Shown piece after piece: positions 29,080-37,818 of a DNA stretch of 62,717 bases. The DNA is taken from assembly GCA_964497605.1 (NCBI GenBank), contig CAZCDQ010000001.1:1-62717 (forward strand), in the 5' to 3' direction. A program made the position numbers and the translations under genes. Position 1 is the stretch's first letter. Every line of letters begins with the position of its first letter. The DNA comes from an uncultured bacterium. Its GTDB lineage: Bacteria; Latescibacterota; Latescibacteria; Latescibacterales; Latescibacteraceae. Below the pieces are notes generated by a model. It saw only the letters and a list, made by a program, of their open reading frames with translations, had not been told where the DNA came from and did no database searches.

Positions 29080-30051
29080 TCAGAAAGAAACCGACATCGA
29101 AATGCGATGGGTGCTGTCGAGACCGTCGTCAGACAGAAACGCGTAATCGAACGAGGAGGAGGATATGAGCGGAAGACGCATGATTCCGAGCCCGAATGTT
29201 CCGGTTCCCTGTGATGACCCCGCACGGAATGCGAGTATATCGCCAATTCTGTACTCGCCGCCGATATCCATCGTTCTCAGTGCTTTGAGATCGGGAGAAT
29301 CGCCGAAAAAGAGCATCGAACCGGTAAGAAAATAGGTTCCGCTGAGATAGGGAACCGTTCCGGTGTAGGAAAGGCCGGCATCGAGCGTGCTGGCGATACG
29401 GTCATTTGCCTTGCCGTCCCACGCCACGGTGGTACCGGTTGCGTCGTTGAATGTCATTCCGATGCCCCAATGATCGTCGAGCGTGTACTGCATGCCGAAA
29501 TCGATTCCGTAACCAAACGCCGTATCGGGGCCGATGGAGCGTCTGAGTATTTTGACCGAGGCGCCGAAATTCAGTGAATCGGATATCTTTTTTGCCGCGG
29601 AGGCATAGAGCGCGTAATCGGTTGCGTCCTCGACCGAGGCGATCTCAGGCCGGTTGTCCTCGCTCAGCGGTTTGGTAGTGTCGAGAAGCTTTGTATATTT
29701 GATATTGCCGATGCCCGAGTGAAGGAGTGTAACTCCCATAAAAAAATCTGCGGAAAACGGAGCGGCGAATGAGACAGTGTTGTAGTTGATAAGCCCCGCA
29801 AACTGCTCGGAATGCATGAGATTCATCTGTTTCGTCTGCAGGCGCGCAAGACCCGCGGGATTATGGTATGCCGATGTGGCGCCGTCCGAGGCAACCACAA
29901 ACGCATTGCCCATACCGAGCGCTCGCGCTCCCGCGCCGAGCGAAAGAAAATCCCCCGCATAGTTTGCCGAGCAATCCGCTTTGAACGAGAATGTAATAAG
30001 CAGAAGTGCGATCAATAGTGCATCGAGTATGATTTTTGTTCTATTGGACAT
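29080..30051 (-). CDS. PorV/PorQ family outer-membrane beta-barrel protein (third paralog)
   Basis: Signal peptide, then GAGARALGMGNAFVVASDGATSAYHNPAGLARL. This closely parallels the 11170-12177 product. C-terminal residue is F. Confidence 0.7.
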   Translation of the reverse strand: MSNRTKIILDALLIALLLITFSFKADCSANYAGDFLSLGAGARALGMGNAFVVASDGATSAYHNPAGLARLQTKQMNLMHSEQFAGLINYNTVSFAAPFSADFFMGVTLLHSGIGNIKYTKLLDTTKPLSEDNRPEIASVEDATDYALYASAAKKISDSLNFGASVKILRRSIGPDTAFGYGIDFGMQYTLDDHWGIGMTFNDATGTTVAWDGKANDRIASTLDAGLSYTGTVPYLSGTYFLTGSMLFFGDSPDLKALRTMDIGGEYRIGDILAFRAGSSQGTGTFGLGIMRLPLISSSSFDYAFLSDDGLDSTHRISMSVSF

Positions 30052-30056
30052 ACCTG

Positions 30057-31409
30057 TCAGGCTTCCTCCACAAGAAGTATCTGAACATCCATGACATTCG
30101 TACCGGTTGGGCCGGTGACAAGCAGTGCGCCGGTCTCTTTCAGATAATGGTACGAATCGTTGTTTTCCATGTATTTATTATAATTAAGGTTATTTGTGTT
30201 TCCAATTGATATTGTCCTGCCGTCCACAATACCGCCGGCCGCATCGGTTGGACCGTCGGTGCCGTCGGTTCCGCCGCTTAAAAATACGATACCGGAACTA
30301 TCCGGGATTTTTGAGATTCCAAGCGCGGCAGACAGCGCCATTTCCTGATTACGGCCACCTTTACCATTCCCGCGGACTGTGACCGTGGTCTCACCGCCGC
30401 CGATAATGCATGCTGGAGGTGAGACAGGAACACAGCTTGCTCTGATTTCGGACGCGATTGAGCTATAAAAGGTTCCCAGTTCAGCCGCCTCACCCTCGAA
30501 AAATGTCGAAAGTACAAGGGTATTGAATCCCATTATTTCTGCAGTCTTCCGGGCCGCGTCGACCGACATGCGGTTATTGCCGATGAGCGTATTTTTTGCG
30601 TTGGTCAGGAAATCATCGCCGGGTTTCGCCGTTTCAGAAATATTCCCGTCAGCTCCTCGTCTAAAACGCTCGAACACATCGGGCGGCAGCGTATCGGTGA
30701 TGTTGTATTTGGAAAAAATGTCGAGGCATTCGGCGAATGTGCTGTCGTCAGCAACCGCTGGGCCGGATGCGATGGTATCGAGACGGTCGCCGATGACATC
30801 GGACAATATCAGTACATGAAGTGCGGCAGGTGCGGCGAGACGGGCCATACCGCCGCCTTTGAGACTCGACATATGTTTTCTGACCGCATTGAGTTCTCGT
30901 ATATCGGCACCCGCTGAGAGCAGGAGTTTTGTGACATCCTGTTTCTCCTCAAGGGTGATATTATCGGCAGGCGCCGGCATCAACGCCGAACCGCCGCCGG
31001 ACAGGAGGCATATAACCAGTGTATGCTCGTCAGCGGCGGAAAGTATCTCGACAATCTTCTCCGTCCCTGCGACGCCTCGGCTGTCGGGCACCGGATGACT
31101 GCATTCGTGAACAGTGATATGTTCAAGCGGAACGCCGTGATCGTCTTTGGTATTGATCCAGCCGCCGGTGATTTTATTGCCAAGAATCTCCTCGACGGCC
31201 TCACCCATGCGTGCTGAGGCTTTTCCACCGCCGATGACATAGATGTCGGAATACTGGTCGAGCGAATATTCGTTCTCACCGATTACAATCGCGGAGGCGC
31301 CATTTTCTGAATCGTCACGGAGTTTGACAGAATTCTTTACACAGTAATAGGGATCGGCAGCATTCACCGCATTCGAGAATATGTCCTGCGCAGTTTTTTT
31401 CAAATCCAT
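30057..31409 (-). CDS. Glycerate 2-kinase / hydroxypyruvate reductase-like protein (MOFRL family)
   Basis: 450 aa with GGGKAS, LLSGGGSALM, GGETTV and GTDGTDGPTDAAG motifs typical of the DUF4147+MOFRL glycerate kinases. Confidence 0.8.
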   Translation of the reverse strand: MDLKKTAQDIFSNAVNAADPYYCVKNSVKLRDDSENGASAIVIGENEYSLDQYSDIYVIGGGKASARMGEAVEEILGNKITGGWINTKDDHGVPLEHITVHECSHPVPDSRGVAGTEKIVEILSAADEHTLVICLLSGGGSALMPAPADNITLEEKQDVTKLLLSAGADIRELNAVRKHMSSLKGGGMARLAAPAALHVLILSDVIGDRLDTIASGPAVADDSTFAECLDIFSKYNITDTLPPDVFERFRRGADGNISETAKPGDDFLTNAKNTLIGNNRMSVDAARKTAEIMGFNTLVLSTFFEGEAAELGTFYSSIASEIRASCVPVSPPACIIGGGETTVTVRGNGKGGRNQEMALSAALGISKIPDSSGIVFLSGGTDGTDGPTDAAGGIVDGRTISIGNTNNLNYNKYMENNDSYHYLKETGALLVTGPTGTNVMDVQILLVEEA

Positions 31410-31508
31410 TATATGATGTCCTCACAGCAAAATGACTGTTTGAATAAAAAAGGTTAGTATATATAACAAACTTATTGTATGGCAATAAAATATGGCTTTG
31501 TTATAATA

Positions 31509-32948
31509 TTATACATTAAGTTCGACTCCCTCTGCGGGGACATCTTTTTCAATATCAAGAAGCGGATCGACTTCTGTCTCAATGAACTCGACAACCTGTT
31601 CTGGTGCGCGGCCGATGTACAGGGTCGGTTCCATAATATCGGCAAGCTCTTCGGAGGTGAGATCGAACAACGATGACCTTTCAATCTGCGCAAGAAAATC
31701 GTTTTCCGCACCTTCGGCTTTTACTTTACGTGCGGCTTCCTGCGAGATGGTTCGCATCTCTTCGTGAAGCGACTGACGGTCCCCGCCTTTTTTGACCGCT
31801 TCCATAAGGATGTTTTCTGAGGCGATGAACGGGAGTTCGCTGTCGATGCGTTTTCGTATCACCCCAGAATACACCACAAGCCCAGATGTCACATTGATTG
31901 CAATACAGAGCACAGCATCGGTACCGAGGAACATCTGGGGAATGGACAAACGCTTATTTGCTGAATCGTCAAGAGTGCGCTCGAACCACTGTGACGCCTC
32001 GGTGAACGCGGGGCTCGATTCCATCGAGATCACAAACCGCGCGATGGAATTCATCCGTTCCGACCGCATGGGATTGCGTTTGTACGCCATGGCGGAGGAA
32101 CCGATCTGCGATTTCTCAAACGGTTCCTCGATCTCTTTGAGATGAGCGAGAAGCCGGATATCGTTTGCCATTTTCGAGATGGACTGACAGATGCCGGACA
32201 GTATTGAGGCTGCTATCGAATCGACTTTACGAGAATATGTCTGGCCGGTGACCATGAATTTTTTGTCGAATCCGAACGCGCGGCAGAGTTTGTTGTCGAG
32301 CTGTTTTACTTTCTCATGGTCGTTGTCGAAAAGACTCAGGAACGATGCCTGCGTACCGGTCGTGCCCTTGACACCTCTGAACCTGAGAGAGGATAAGACA
32401 TGCATAAGCTCATGGTAATCCATAACAAAGTCCTGAAGCCAGAGCGATGCCCGTTTCCCGACTGTGGTAAGCTGCGCGGGCTGAAAGTGAGTGAATCCCA
32501 GCGTCGGAATATCTTTGTATTCAAGAGCAAAAGTCCTGAGATTTCTAATAACGTTTATCAGGCGAGCTTTCACGATTGCGAGAGCATCCCTGAGTTGGAT
32601 CAGATCGGTGTTGTCACCGACAAACGCCGAGGTAGCCCCGAGATGGATGATCGGCCGCGCAAGCGGACACTGATCACCGTATGCATGAATATGCGCCATC
32701 ACATCGTGCCGGAATTTCTTCTCGTATGACGCTGCCGTGTCAAGATTGAGATCGTCGATATGCGCTTCGAGTTCTTCGACTTGCTCCTTCGTAACAGGCA
32801 GGCCGAGTTCCATTTCCGCGCGTGCAAGTTCGCACCAGAGTTTTCGCCAGGTGGTGAATTTCTTGTGCGAGGAGAATACGTAATTCATCTCGTTCGAGGC
32901 ATATCGCGTTGCAAGAGGATTGTTATACGTGTCGGTGGGTTTGGTCAT
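31509..32948 (-). CDS. purB: Adenylosuccinate lyase
   Basis: Long-form PurB: NPLATRYAS N-terminus and the fumarate-lyase signature GSSAMAYKRNP. Confidence 0.95.
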   Translation of the reverse strand: MTKPTDTYNNPLATRYASNEMNYVFSSHKKFTTWRKLWCELARAEMELGLPVTKEQVEELEAHIDDLNLDTAASYEKKFRHDVMAHIHAYGDQCPLARPIIHLGATSAFVGDNTDLIQLRDALAIVKARLINVIRNLRTFALEYKDIPTLGFTHFQPAQLTTVGKRASLWLQDFVMDYHELMHVLSSLRFRGVKGTTGTQASFLSLFDNDHEKVKQLDNKLCRAFGFDKKFMVTGQTYSRKVDSIAASILSGICQSISKMANDIRLLAHLKEIEEPFEKSQIGSSAMAYKRNPMRSERMNSIARFVISMESSPAFTEASQWFERTLDDSANKRLSIPQMFLGTDAVLCIAINVTSGLVVYSGVIRKRIDSELPFIASENILMEAVKKGGDRQSLHEEMRTISQEAARKVKAEGAENDFLAQIERSSLFDLTSEELADIMEPTLYIGRAPEQVVEFIETEVDPLLDIEKDVPAEGVELNV

Positions 32949-33871
32949 CAGAACAGCCTCAATTTAAAGTTCATATCTTTCGTATATTTTCCCGGATTGC
33001 GTTTGAAATCGACCATGAACGAGTCGATGTCGGCGTTTGTTTGGCGCAGTTCCTCATACAGGTCGTCGTATTTCAGCAGCTTTGCAAACGTACCCTCGTC
33101 CTCGTTGATATAGTTCGATATCGTGTCGATGACTGCCGGGATGCTGTTCATTTCTTCGATGAACACCGATAGTTTGCCCGAGGTTTCGCTGAAACTTTCA
33201 ATGGTTTGTCCGAGCTTCGTATCGTTTTCAACAATGAACTTTTTAAGCCCTGCAGAGGAATCCTCAAAATTACCGATAGCATTGGCCATGGAGGTTTTGT
33301 TCTCCGATGCGATACTGCCATATAGATCGATTGCGGCCTGAAATTTCTCAAGTGTTTGTTTAAAATCATTCGAAAGTGCCGCAATATCGAGATTACTGTC
33401 GATTTTATCGGCAATGCTGTTGAGCCGCCCGAGCATCAAACCGGCGTCGACGATGAGCGTTGAAATATCGGTGCCTGCGACACCGGTCTGCACTGCCGAG
33501 TGATCGAGCCTTCCGCTGCCGGAGCCGGGAACAACGACCAGCGCTTTGTCTCCCATAAGTCCCACATCTTTGATTATAAAGACAGTATCGTCGCTGAGCT
33601 TGATGTCCTCAAGATTATTAATATTGAACCGGACGAGGGCTTTGTTATCGGTAGTGAGTTCTGTGTCGGTAACCTCGCCGATTTTAATCCCGGATAGTTT
33701 CACAGGATCGCCGCTGTAAATATCGCGTGCATCGTCGAAAACAGCTTCCATCCGGTATTTTTTCGCCATAGGATCAAAGTTTTTTAGCCAGAGTATGCCC
33801 CCGAACAGGATAATGAGCGAAATAATCGTTGTGATACCGACTTTCAATGATGTTGATAGAGTGGAATTCAT
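32948..33871 (-). CDS. MlaD/MCE family protein
   Basis: N-terminal TM, an MCE domain (GDPVKLSGIKIGEVTD), and a long helical C-terminal extension. No mlaE or mlaF is adjacent. Confidence 0.75.
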   Translation of the reverse strand: MNSTLSTSLKVGITTIISLIILFGGILWLKNFDPMAKKYRMEAVFDDARDIYSGDPVKLSGIKIGEVTDTELTTDNKALVRFNINNLEDIKLSDDTVFIIKDVGLMGDKALVVVPGSGSGRLDHSAVQTGVAGTDISTLIVDAGLMLGRLNSIADKIDSNLDIAALSNDFKQTLEKFQAAIDLYGSIASENKTSMANAIGNFEDSSAGLKKFIVENDTKLGQTIESFSETSGKLSVFIEEMNSIPAVIDTISNYINEDEGTFAKLLKYDDLYEELRQTNADIDSFMVDFKRNPGKYTKDMNFKLRLF

Positions 33872-33890
33872 GTATTTCCCATCCCGGTGT

Positions 33891-34364
33891 CTAAAGCATT
33901 GAGAGTACGTTCACAGGGTTGTTGTCGGGCAGATCCCTGAAATCGAGCCGAACGCCAGCTTCATGTAAGGCCTGTAATGCCTTTACATCGTCGTCGTCGA
34001 CAAAAATATAATCGATAATTTCATGTTTATTCTTTGATGAGTGCATACCGCCCACATTGATTTCCTTGATACGGGCGCCATGTTCGACAGCAGAAAATGC
34101 GTCGTGCGGTGTCTCGAAAAGTACATATGAGTTTCGTGGGTTGTCCATAAGCTTGTTAATGATATCGGGAGATTCCTCGATCGATACAATTGTACCATCG
34201 ATCTGCGGAGGGAGTGCGGCAAGGCATAGTTCCGTTTCCCATTCCGAGTGCGCAATATCGTCTGACACCACAACAATATTATCGGTCTTAAGCGATCTAG
34301 CCCAACCCTCGGTAATCTGACCGTGAATTAATCTGTCGTCTATACGAGTCAATACTACCGGCAT
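33891..34364 (-). CDS. PTS mannose/sorbose-family EIIB component
   Basis: N-terminal LTRIDDRLIHGQI contains the phosphorylatable His of the EIIB(Man) family. 157 aa. Confidence 0.8.
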   Translation of the reverse strand: MPVVLTRIDDRLIHGQITEGWARSLKTDNIVVVSDDIAHSEWETELCLAALPPQIDGTIVSIEESPDIINKLMDNPRNSYVLFETPHDAFSAVEHGARIKEINVGGMHSSKNKHEIIDYIFVDDDDVKALQALHEAGVRLDFRDLPDNNPVNVLSML

Positions 34365-34759
34365 TATTCTCCCGTCCCTTCATCACGCAACGGTTCCAGT
34401 CTGATACCCCGTTTACCGTCATATACGAGGATTTTCGCAAGCTCATCCAGGGAATACGAATTTCGTTTGTTGATGAAAGACAGCATCATGGGAAGATTCA
34501 GTCCCGAAATAATGGTTGCATTGGGTAGACCGGCCTTTTTAGCAGCCTGCCAGCACGATCCGCCGTACATGTCGACAAATAAAATTACGCCGTCTGAGCA
34601 CTCGACGCATGCGTTTCGGATATCATCTGTCAACTCGTTTGTAGAGAGTCCGTTATTTGTGAAATAGAACACATTGTCACATGCGCCGGAAATGCACTCG
34701 ATAGCATTGTGAAGAACTCTTCCGATTTCCTGATGTCCAACGATTATGCCTTTTATCAC
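34364..34759 (-). CDS. PTS mannose-family EIIA component
   Basis: N-terminal GIIVGHQEIG (EIIA-Man His site) and DMYGGS motif. 131 aa. Confidence 0.8.
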   Translation of the reverse strand: MIKGIIVGHQEIGRVLHNAIECISGACDNVFYFTNNGLSTNELTDDIRNACVECSDGVILFVDMYGGSCWQAAKKAGLPNATIISGLNLPMMLSFINKRNSYSLDELAKILVYDGKRGIRLEPLRDEGTGE

Positions 34760-35706
34760 GATTGCCGGTTTCTTTCGTTTTCTTTAATTTTGTCAAGTTG
34801 ACGCTGCGATAATTCATGCGCAGCGTTGAATCCCGTTGTCTTCAGCAGATGGTTAAGCGCGATTGATTCCACAATAACCGCGATATATTTCCCCGGATGG
34901 ATAGGCACATTAACTTTCGCGATATCAACATCGAGAATCGTCGATATTTCCTCATCGAGGCCGGTACGGTTGAACTTAAGATTATCGTCCCAGTCGATGA
35001 GATTGACTTCAACCTCGATCCGTTTCTGCATACGGAGCGCCCGGATACCGAACATTTGTTTGACATCGACAATCCCGACACCGCGGATTTCCAGCATCGA
35101 CCGTGTCAGTTCGTTTCCCGATCCAACAATGATACCGCGTGATTTCCGTACAATATGAACGATATCGTCTGCAATAAGCCGGTGGCCGCGTTCGATCAAA
35201 TCAAGGCAGACTTCACTCTTTCCGATACCGGCACGTCCAGTGAACAACATGCCGATGCCGTAAACATCTACAAGGGTTCCATGAACGGTATTGGAGGGAG
35301 CGAAATAATCCTCGAGGTAATAATTTATTAAATGCACGAATTGAGTTGTCGGTAGCTTCGTCACAATTAGCGGAATACAATTGCGCTCGCATATATTTAC
35401 CAGTTCCACAGGCGGGCATTTACCGTTCGTGAAGAAAATGCAGGGTAGATCGAACTGGCAGATAATGTTGAATGCCTCAATTTTTTCTTGGTCATCAAGG
35501 GAATCGAGATACAGAAGTTCCGTGTTTCCCACGAGCTGCATACGGCTGTAGGTAAAAAGATTCACAAAACCGGTCAGCGCGAGGCCGGGACGGTTCAGTT
35601 CAAGAGATACGATTTTATTATCGAGACCTTTTGCGCCCGAAATAATGTCGAGTTTGAGCCGGTTTTTATTTTCCTCAATAAATCTGTCTACCGTTATGAT
35701 GTGCAC
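34756..35706 (-). CDS. hprK: HPr kinase/phosphorylase
   Basis: P-loop GRAGIGKSE, followed by LIERGHRLIADD and LEIRGVGIVDV motifs. Confidence 0.95.
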   Translation of the reverse strand: MHIITVDRFIEENKNRLKLDIISGAKGLDNKIVSLELNRPGLALTGFVNLFTYSRMQLVGNTELLYLDSLDDQEKIEAFNIICQFDLPCIFFTNGKCPPVELVNICERNCIPLIVTKLPTTQFVHLINYYLEDYFAPSNTVHGTLVDVYGIGMLFTGRAGIGKSEVCLDLIERGHRLIADDIVHIVRKSRGIIVGSGNELTRSMLEIRGVGIVDVKQMFGIRALRMQKRIEVEVNLIDWDDNLKFNRTGLDEEISTILDVDIAKVNVPIHPGKYIAVIVESIALNHLLKTTGFNAAHELSQRQLDKIKENERNRQS

Positions 35707-35730
35707 GGCAATCCTCCGTGTCCGGATTCT

Positions 35731-36099
35731 TTATAAAAGTTTTTCATCTTCTTCAATTTCTTCAATCATAACCGGCTGATTATCAGGAGAAACTCTATGA
35801 TCAACAATTTTGCTTTTCAGTTTTTTTATCTGCGTTTTCACTTTATCGTATGTTGCGTCGAACGCTTTCGTTCTGTCATGATCTTTGTGTTTCGCCGATA
35901 TAACCGCTTTAGGAACCTGCACGGTAATTTCCACTCTGAAATGAGAATTCTGTTTATCAAGAATGACATTTGATTCAATTATATTCGAGAAGTATTTTGA
36001 AAGTTTTAGGATTTTCGCGATAATTTCCTCTTTGTAACGCGGGCTGCAATCTTCGTGTCTGCTTGTAACGTTTACATCAAAATCATACGTTTTTGCCAT
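35731..36099 (-). CDS. hpf: Ribosome hibernation promoting factor (HPF/RaiA family, short form)
   Basis: 122 aa with the sigma-54-modulation-protein-like layout (V.VTSRH...KLSKYF...VEITV...AFDATYDKVKTQIKKLKSK). Confidence 0.8.
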   Translation of the reverse strand: MAKTYDFDVNVTSRHEDCSPRYKEEIIAKILKLSKYFSNIIESNVILDKQNSHFRVEITVQVPKAVISAKHKDHDRTKAFDATYDKVKTQIKKLKSKIVDHRVSPDNQPVMIEEIEEDEKLL

Positions 36100-36379
36100 A
36101 AAATCACCTCTATTGGTAAAGCGTTTAACATCAGTCGGTTTTCAGGTTCTACCGTCAAATCAATTAATACGGTTCTTACATGAAAACCGTTCGGCATTAT
36201 TCCCGCTTTCATGATTGTGTATTTTTTTGTCCTCTTTCGGGAATACTCTTTGGAATGGATTCATCATCGCATTTCCCTGTTGACTTACAGTCACTCACCA
36301 TATAAAATTAAACACAATGCAGTACGGAATCAACATATATTTTCTTCTCCTAACACGTCCGTACCAGCATAATCGTTCC

Positions 36380-37468
36380 TTAAGTTGTTGACGTAGCAAA
36401 TGTTTTTATGGTTTCGCACAATTGCCCGAGCATATCCGGAACGGTCTCCGGGTGCGAGTAATCCGGTATGAAGACAATCCCGTGTATACCGTTTTCGAAC
36501 ATCGTCCGGATCTTTTCGTCAGAAAAATTTCCGTATACCAACACGGGAAGGCTCGTCAGCTCGGCATAATACTTGATAGCGTCAGGTGTAATCTCTTGCA
36601 AACTGCGGAGCACATATAAATCGGCATTCGGATTGGTAATCTCCGCAGGATTGTCGCCGAGAGCTGTTGATATTCCGATCGCATACTGCTGTCCCATCAG
36701 TTTCCGGCAGCTCTCCGCGGAAATATCACCGGGGGAGAGAAGAATGCCGTCCGCATCTGCAATCATTGCGATATCGGGTCTGTGTTCGATAAATATGCCC
36801 GCGTTCCTTTCAGCGCAAACGTCTGAGACCGCCGCAAGGCTCGAAATGAATTCAGCGTCGCTCAATTTAACGCCCCGAAATATAACCGATGCAACGCCAG
36901 CGTCAATGATTCGGGCGGTGAGTGAATGAAGACTGTCCGTGCCGGGCGATAAAGATAATTGCGACGAATCAATAACTGCGCAGCATTTAAGGCGGTCGGG
37001 CGCGGTGGCTCGTTTGACACGGAAGAGAGAGAGAAGGGCTTTCTCGATGTCGTAAAGCTCGAACCTGACTACCTTGAATCTCTCAGAAAGTCCGGGCATT
37101 GTGAGCTTTGTATACTCTTCGAGGGCTCGTGCCGCCTCTTGTGCACGTGCGGCATTTGCTCTCACAACAGCTAAATGATCGGACCGTGTTTTTTCCGAGA
37201 ATGTTTCTACCTCACGAAGCACGTCGCGGTCTGAACCCCGGGCAAACACCATCGCATTTGAAAGTTTTTTGCCGAATGAACAGATATCATTAAGTGTATG
37301 ACGGAGATGTTTGATGCGAACGCTTAGTTCCGCATCGTCGAACAGCATCCGCGCGGTTTCCTCTATGACACGAATACCCTCGCGTGCTCGGTTTGCATTG
37401 GCATCCATTAACCGGAGAATACCGCGGTCAAACATACGATTGTCGGAATGATCGGAAGAGAATGTCAA
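36380..37468 (-). CDS. Thiamine-phosphate synthase-like (ThiE/TenI fold) protein with helical N-terminal extension
   Basis: N-terminal LRLMDANANRAREGIRVIEE motif, as seen in long-form ThiE proteins. The C-terminal TIM-barrel part (IEHRPDIAMIADADGILLSPGD...IGIS) aligns by eye with ThiE but is degenerate. Confidence 0.55.
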   Translation of the reverse strand: MTFSSDHSDNRMFDRGILRLMDANANRAREGIRVIEETARMLFDDAELSVRIKHLRHTLNDICSFGKKLSNAMVFARGSDRDVLREVETFSEKTRSDHLAVVRANAARAQEAARALEEYTKLTMPGLSERFKVVRFELYDIEKALLSLFRVKRATAPDRLKCCAVIDSSQLSLSPGTDSLHSLTARIIDAGVASVIFRGVKLSDAEFISSLAAVSDVCAERNAGIFIEHRPDIAMIADADGILLSPGDISAESCRKLMGQQYAIGISTALGDNPAEITNPNADLYVLRSLQEITPDAIKYYAELTSLPVLVYGNFSDEKIRTMFENGIHGIVFIPDYSHPETVPDMLGQLCETIKTFATSTT

Positions 37469-37589
37469 ATCGTTAAGCCCGGATAGAATTAAGTGTTGTC
37501 AATACAATTAATCTAAGAAGTGACTAAAGAATACTGCCTGATTTCCTGCACCCGTCATCAGTATAGCGTCCATTCGGCGCAAAGTCATA

Positions 37590-37808
37590 TCATTCGTCGG
37601 AGAGCTTGCAATAATCGAGATTGAGATGTCCCTCGCTTTCCTCCTGAACGATCAGCACATTCCATCCTTTGACTTCTTTACCGTGAACCTTTATCGTTTT
37701 CTGATTTTTTTCGAGCACTTTCGATTTCGGGTTAAGTCCCGGCAGCTCGCCCTTTATTTCTCTGCAGAAAATCCATTCTGTTTTCTCTTCATTCGCTTTT
37801 TTCCCCAT
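37590..37808 (-). CDS. Hypothetical small protein (72 aa), distal gene of the activase operon
   Basis: The ATG lies 10 nt after the stop of 37819-39099 and is preceded by AAAGGAA. Lys/Glu-rich with no recognisable motif. Confidence 0.4.
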   Translation of the reverse strand: MGKKANEEKTEWIFCREIKGELPGLNPKSKVLEKNQKTIKVHGKEVKGWNVLIVQEESEGHLNLDYCKLSDE

Positions 37809-37818
37809 GTCAATTCCT

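Noticed and set aside
36100-36379. Sigma-54 promoter (TGGCAC-N5-TTGC) upstream of hpf
   Set aside because: The only GG-containing candidate on the minus strand (CTGGTACGGACGTGTTAGG) has TGTT, not TTGC, at the -12 position with correct spacing. There is no acceptable match.
37469-37589. TPP riboswitch upstream of the ThiE-like gene
   Set aside because: I read the minus-strand sequence of the spacer. It has no CUGAGA box and no conserved pyrophosphate-sensor helix sequence, and the spacer is too short and unstructured.
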